Source: Anthoceros angustus | Lineage: Eukaryota; Plantae; Anthocerotophyta | Length of the DNA: 64,000 bases | Assembly (NCBI GenBank): GCA_010909165.1 | Contig: MU008149.1 | Span: 310,001-374,000 of the forward strand | Reading direction: 5' to 3' | Shown: piece by piece, positions 60,481-64,000 of the stretch | Layout: each line of letters starts with the position of its first letter | Position numbering within the stretch: position 1 is the stretch's first letter | Made by a program: the position numbers and the translations under genes | Notes under the pieces: model-generated | What the model was told of the DNA's origin: nothing | The model's database searches: none | The model's input: the letters and a program-made list of their open reading frames with translations, nothing else

Positions 60481-61200
60481 CATAAAACTGTTTCTGAATT
60501 CAACCAAGACTGGCTTTCATATTGGACCCAATTCACACATTGAACCTCTCTTGCCAGCCTGGATCTCGATGGATTATTCCTCCTGCTCCTTCCCCAAGCA
60601 CCCAAACGTGCATACCACATGAATTTTCCAAACGAGCCTCAAACCACCAGTCCCCGATAACAGCCAGACCCAGAATCTGATCAGGTTTATCGCCAAACAT
60701 AACCACATAACCTTGACAGACCACGTGAAAGCGACGTTCCACACTCAATCTATCACGGCACAGAACCATCTATGGAACAACAAGGTAGCATACACTGATG
60801 AGAGCCTCAAACCGGCCATGATGAGTAGTAGAAAAGGCACCGCAAAACACCACCTGCCCACGACAAGCTGCAGAAGAAGATGTCTCCAAACAATTCCGCC
60901 AAGAAAAATAGATGTCTCCAAAAAGTCTACACCGATTCAGAAATCGGGCATCCGAGAATTCCAATGACAAGTCCCAATTGTTGACATGCCAGAGCAAGCT
61001 GGCCTCACATGCCTCAAGGGTGGACCACTTGCAATTGGGCACTACAAGCGGCGTGCAAGATATAAGAAAATGGCCACAGTGCCAGCGTCATGGAAGGTTG
61101 TAGAACTCGACCTAAGCTAGGTGTCATTTCAGTGGAAAGCTGTTTGTCAGCTGTGTATCACAGCTGTAGGAACCACAGGCAGCAGAATGTTAGCACCATG
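60480..61200 (-). other. Unidentified repeated coding-like module X
   Basis: Recurring motifs FMWYARLGAWGRS...LAREVKCVNWVQ and FLHGANILLVSHD occur at ~10.0-10.3, 14.7-14.95, 32.9-33.2, 35.2-35.5, 49.7-50.45, 56.5 and 63.7-63.9 kb. No family recognised. Confidence 0.4.
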
Positions 61201-61206
61201 GACGAA

Positions 61207-61470
61207 GAAGTTGATTTTGGCACCCTGGAGCCGTTGAGCACATGGAATGACAAGGTAGCAAAACCTGCTGAGAGCCACAAGCATATGATGAGTAGTAGAA
61301 ATGGCACCCACCGCCAAACACTACACTATGATCCAAAAGAAGTTGATTTTGGCACCCAGGAGCCGTTGAGCACATGGAATGACAAGGTAGCAAAACCTGC
61401 TGAGAGCCACAAGCATATGATGAGTAGTAGAAATGGCACCCACCGCCAAACACTACACTATGATCCAAAA
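61207..61470. repeat. 132-bp tandem duplication
   Basis: gaagttgattttggcacc...atccaaaa starts at 61207 and 61339. Confidence 0.95.
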
Positions 61471-61535
61471 GTTCGCATCCCAGCTCTTGAATTACAAGTT
61501 TGACTTGACATGCCAGAGAATGGAGGAAGAAGTCG

Positions 61536-61550
61536 ACATACATACATACA

Positions 61551-61628
<78 letters not shown>

Positions 61629-61630
61629 CA

Positions 61631-61694
<64 letters not shown>

Positions 61695-61796
61695 CATACA
61701 TACATACATACATACATACATACATACATACATACATACATACATACATACATACATACATACATACATACATACATACATACATACATGTACATA
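61536..61796. repeat. (TACA)n microsatellite with embedded (TA)n, ~260 bp
   Basis: Seen directly in the sequence. Confidence 0.99.
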
Positions 61797-61799
61797 AGC

Positions 61800-62245
61800 C
61801 AGCTCTGTGGGCGAAAATCAGCATAGAGCCAGGGCCCAGTTTTTTCGTGCGAGTTGAATCAGCCTACCAGCAGTCCAGCTGGGTGAGAGGAACATCTGCT
61901 CGCCGGGCGGAGGCTCGGCAGGGCACCTGGTCCGACAATTCCTGTCCTCGCCGCCACCGCCCAAAAATTCCCCAGCTACCCCCTCCCGCGCAATGACACT
62001 GACTTCGGCGGCAGATGTGCCTCGTCAGCTGGCCTTGCAGGCTCCCTGGCCTCTCCCCCTTCTCCTCTCCAACCTATAAAAGGAACCCACAGCCAGCCCT
62101 AGAACCTCACTTCTCCTCTTCCCCTCGCCAGCTCCAGCTCCTCCTTGAGCTCTCTTCCTCTCTTCCCCTGGCCAGCTCCAGCTCCTCCTTGACCTCTCTT
62201 CCTCGCTTCCCCTCGATCGCCAGCTCCTCGTTGCGCTCTCGTTGC
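61800..62245 (+). promoter_or_regulatory. Promoter module copy 10 (TATAAAA 62075-62081)
   Basis: aacctataaaaggaacccacagccagccctagaacctcacttctcctcttc. Confidence 0.75.
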
Positions 62246-63300
62246 CATGGAGGTAGCAGACATACCCAGCTGGTGGTTGTCTGGCGCTGGAGCCGCTCTT
62301 GTCCCTCGTGTATTACTGTGTCTGCTGCATCGTCTGAGAGTGGTGTTGCCAATGCTGTGAATGTGGTTGGGCTCTCTCCTGTTCCAGGGTTCTTCCGCAT
62401 CCCGCCACCCCACTGCAGTTGCAAGCTCTAGCAACTTCGGCATTGCTCCCCTTTCCACGCGCCACCCTCCGGTCCCAAGCTCCCGTGACGATCAGGATAC
62501 AAGGTGAGGTTTCCCACCTGGTCCCTTTCCTTGAGGCGGTCCATGGACCTGGGGTCCTGATGCTCCCCAGGTCCTGCTCCGCCTTAAGGACATTGACCGG
62601 GCGGACTTACGGCGTTGTATCTCCCTGTCTTCCTTCCCAGGATGTGATGCCCCCGAGCGGCCGCCATCTCAACTTCGTGCCTCCCTGGTCCGTGCGGAGC
62701 AGTTTTTCCCCCGGCGGGAGTGACGATCAGGATAGAGAAGATGGCGAACTTCCCGGTCGACTCCGCGACCCTCCCCACCCGGTCCCTTTCCTTGAGGCGG
62801 TCCATGGACCTGGGGTCCTGATGCTCCCCAGGTCCTGGTCCGCCTAAAGGACATGGGCCGGGTGAACTTCAGGCGTTGGTCCCCCTCTCTTCTGAGCACG
62901 TGATGCCCCCGAGCTGGCGCCATCTGAAGTTCGTGCTTCCCAGGTCCGTGCGTATCGCCGCCTTCCGTCGGGCCTGGTGTGCGTGTTCTGAATGCCGAGC
63001 CTGTATGTTGGGTGCATTTGGAAGCGGAAAAGGGAGACGTTGAAGCTAGAAGAGGTGGCCAAGCTGTCCGACGACGTGCTGGATGAGAGGAAGCTCCCGT
63101 CGTTTTTACCCGTGTCCTGGTTTGCTGCTGCTGAAAATTTGCTGATATCACTATCAAAGATGTACCGATGCAGCCTGTGTGCAACCTGCTTGGGACGGAG
63201 GTGGACTGGTGGCGGTTGCCCATCAGTTCACTCAACCTGGTCTGTCGGGGCCTCTAAGGCGACATGCCGCTCATCCCTCGCGTGTACGCTTCATTCCTAG
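62245..63300 (+). pseudogene. F-box-family pseudogene with an internal ~261-bp duplication
   Basis: PPSWRHLKFVLPRSVRIAAF matches PASWRNLGFVLPRSVQIVAF. CIWKRKRETLKLEEVAKLSDDVLDERKLPSFLPVSWFAAAENL matches the C-terminus of the intact gene. Confidence 0.85.
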
Positions 63301-64000
63301 GGAGAACAGCAATGAGTAGGCGATTACGAAGCTCCTGATGATGTGTACTCTATCTTTAGCTCTAGGTTTTCCTTTCTAGCCGACAGATCGCGAAGAGGAA
63401 GAGATTTCTCAGGTTACGCTGGTTGCCGTTCCTGCTGCGGCACGTCTAAGAATCGTTCCCACGTACAAAATACTACATATGGAATTTGGGATGGGCGACA
63501 ACGGAATCCCCATACCACACCGATTTGCTCAAGAAATGGAATAGCTAAAGAACGCCGACATGGAACGGCTCTACTAAAAACTCTAGCAGCCTCAATTTCC
63601 TGGAGCAGTCAATAGATACGGCCCTAATCTCTTATCTATTGCGGCCGGAGGTATCTTATCCTCACTTCCTGCATCCCCCTTCCGATATCTAAACTCCTGC
63701 TGATAATTATAACATTCACCCCAATGGCCACAGTGCCAGGATCATGAAAGATTGTAGAACTTGATTTGCATCACAGCTGTAGGAAGCACAGGTAGCACAA
63801 AGTTGGCACCATAGAGGAAGAAGCCGACTTTAGCACCCACTAGCCGTTGAACGTAGCTATGAAAGAACAAGGTAGCATTGCCTCATGATGAGAGCCAGAA
63901 CTCCATGATGAGTAGTACAACTCGAGTAATTGCTGAGCCCCAACAAGGGGCGTGCAAATGCAGACGTTCAGGCAGATGACGGGACGATCAAGCTCATTAT

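Noticed and set aside
61190-61996. Long ORFs (MYVCMYV / HTYIHTY)
   Set aside because: These are stop-free translations of the (TACA)n microsatellite.

Overview
This is land-plant nuclear DNA. A non-seed plant is plausible but is inference only. There is no rRNA, tRNA or CRISPR array. Two genes are clearly intact: a 2-exon mitochondrial ATP synthase epsilon gene (43828-44168, -) and an intronless ~808-aa F-box gene (46609-49035, -). A possible unknown gene lies at ~7.1-7.9 kb. The rest is transposon debris (CACTA transposase with one terminus, Copia RT/RNaseH with a 3' LTR, two related AT-rich LTR-like segments, and a poly-A/TSD non-LTR insertion) plus a heavily rearranged array built from one ancestral block. 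That block is [F-box family gene] - [TATA/Inr promoter] - [unidentified module X] - [bicupin storage-globulin gene] - [group II intron maturase-like gene]. A ~6.85-kb segment is triplicated (9366-29914), and its chimeric junctions point to unequal crossing-over between flanking paralogous repeats. Short pieces of unrelated host genes (CPSF73, organellar LysRS with an intron, PRP17/CDC40, P450, PLS-PPR) are patched in between. The best novelty candidates are: (1) an F-box family with a conserved N-terminal domain I cannot name, a 10-copy promoter and an in-frame Cys-rich VNTR; (2) about nine nuclear maturase-like remnants; (3) promoter-flanked inverted repeats that could make hairpin RNA. Many frameshifts are 1-nt homopolymer indels and could be long-read assembly errors. 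All homology calls come from recognising motifs by eye; no database search was run.
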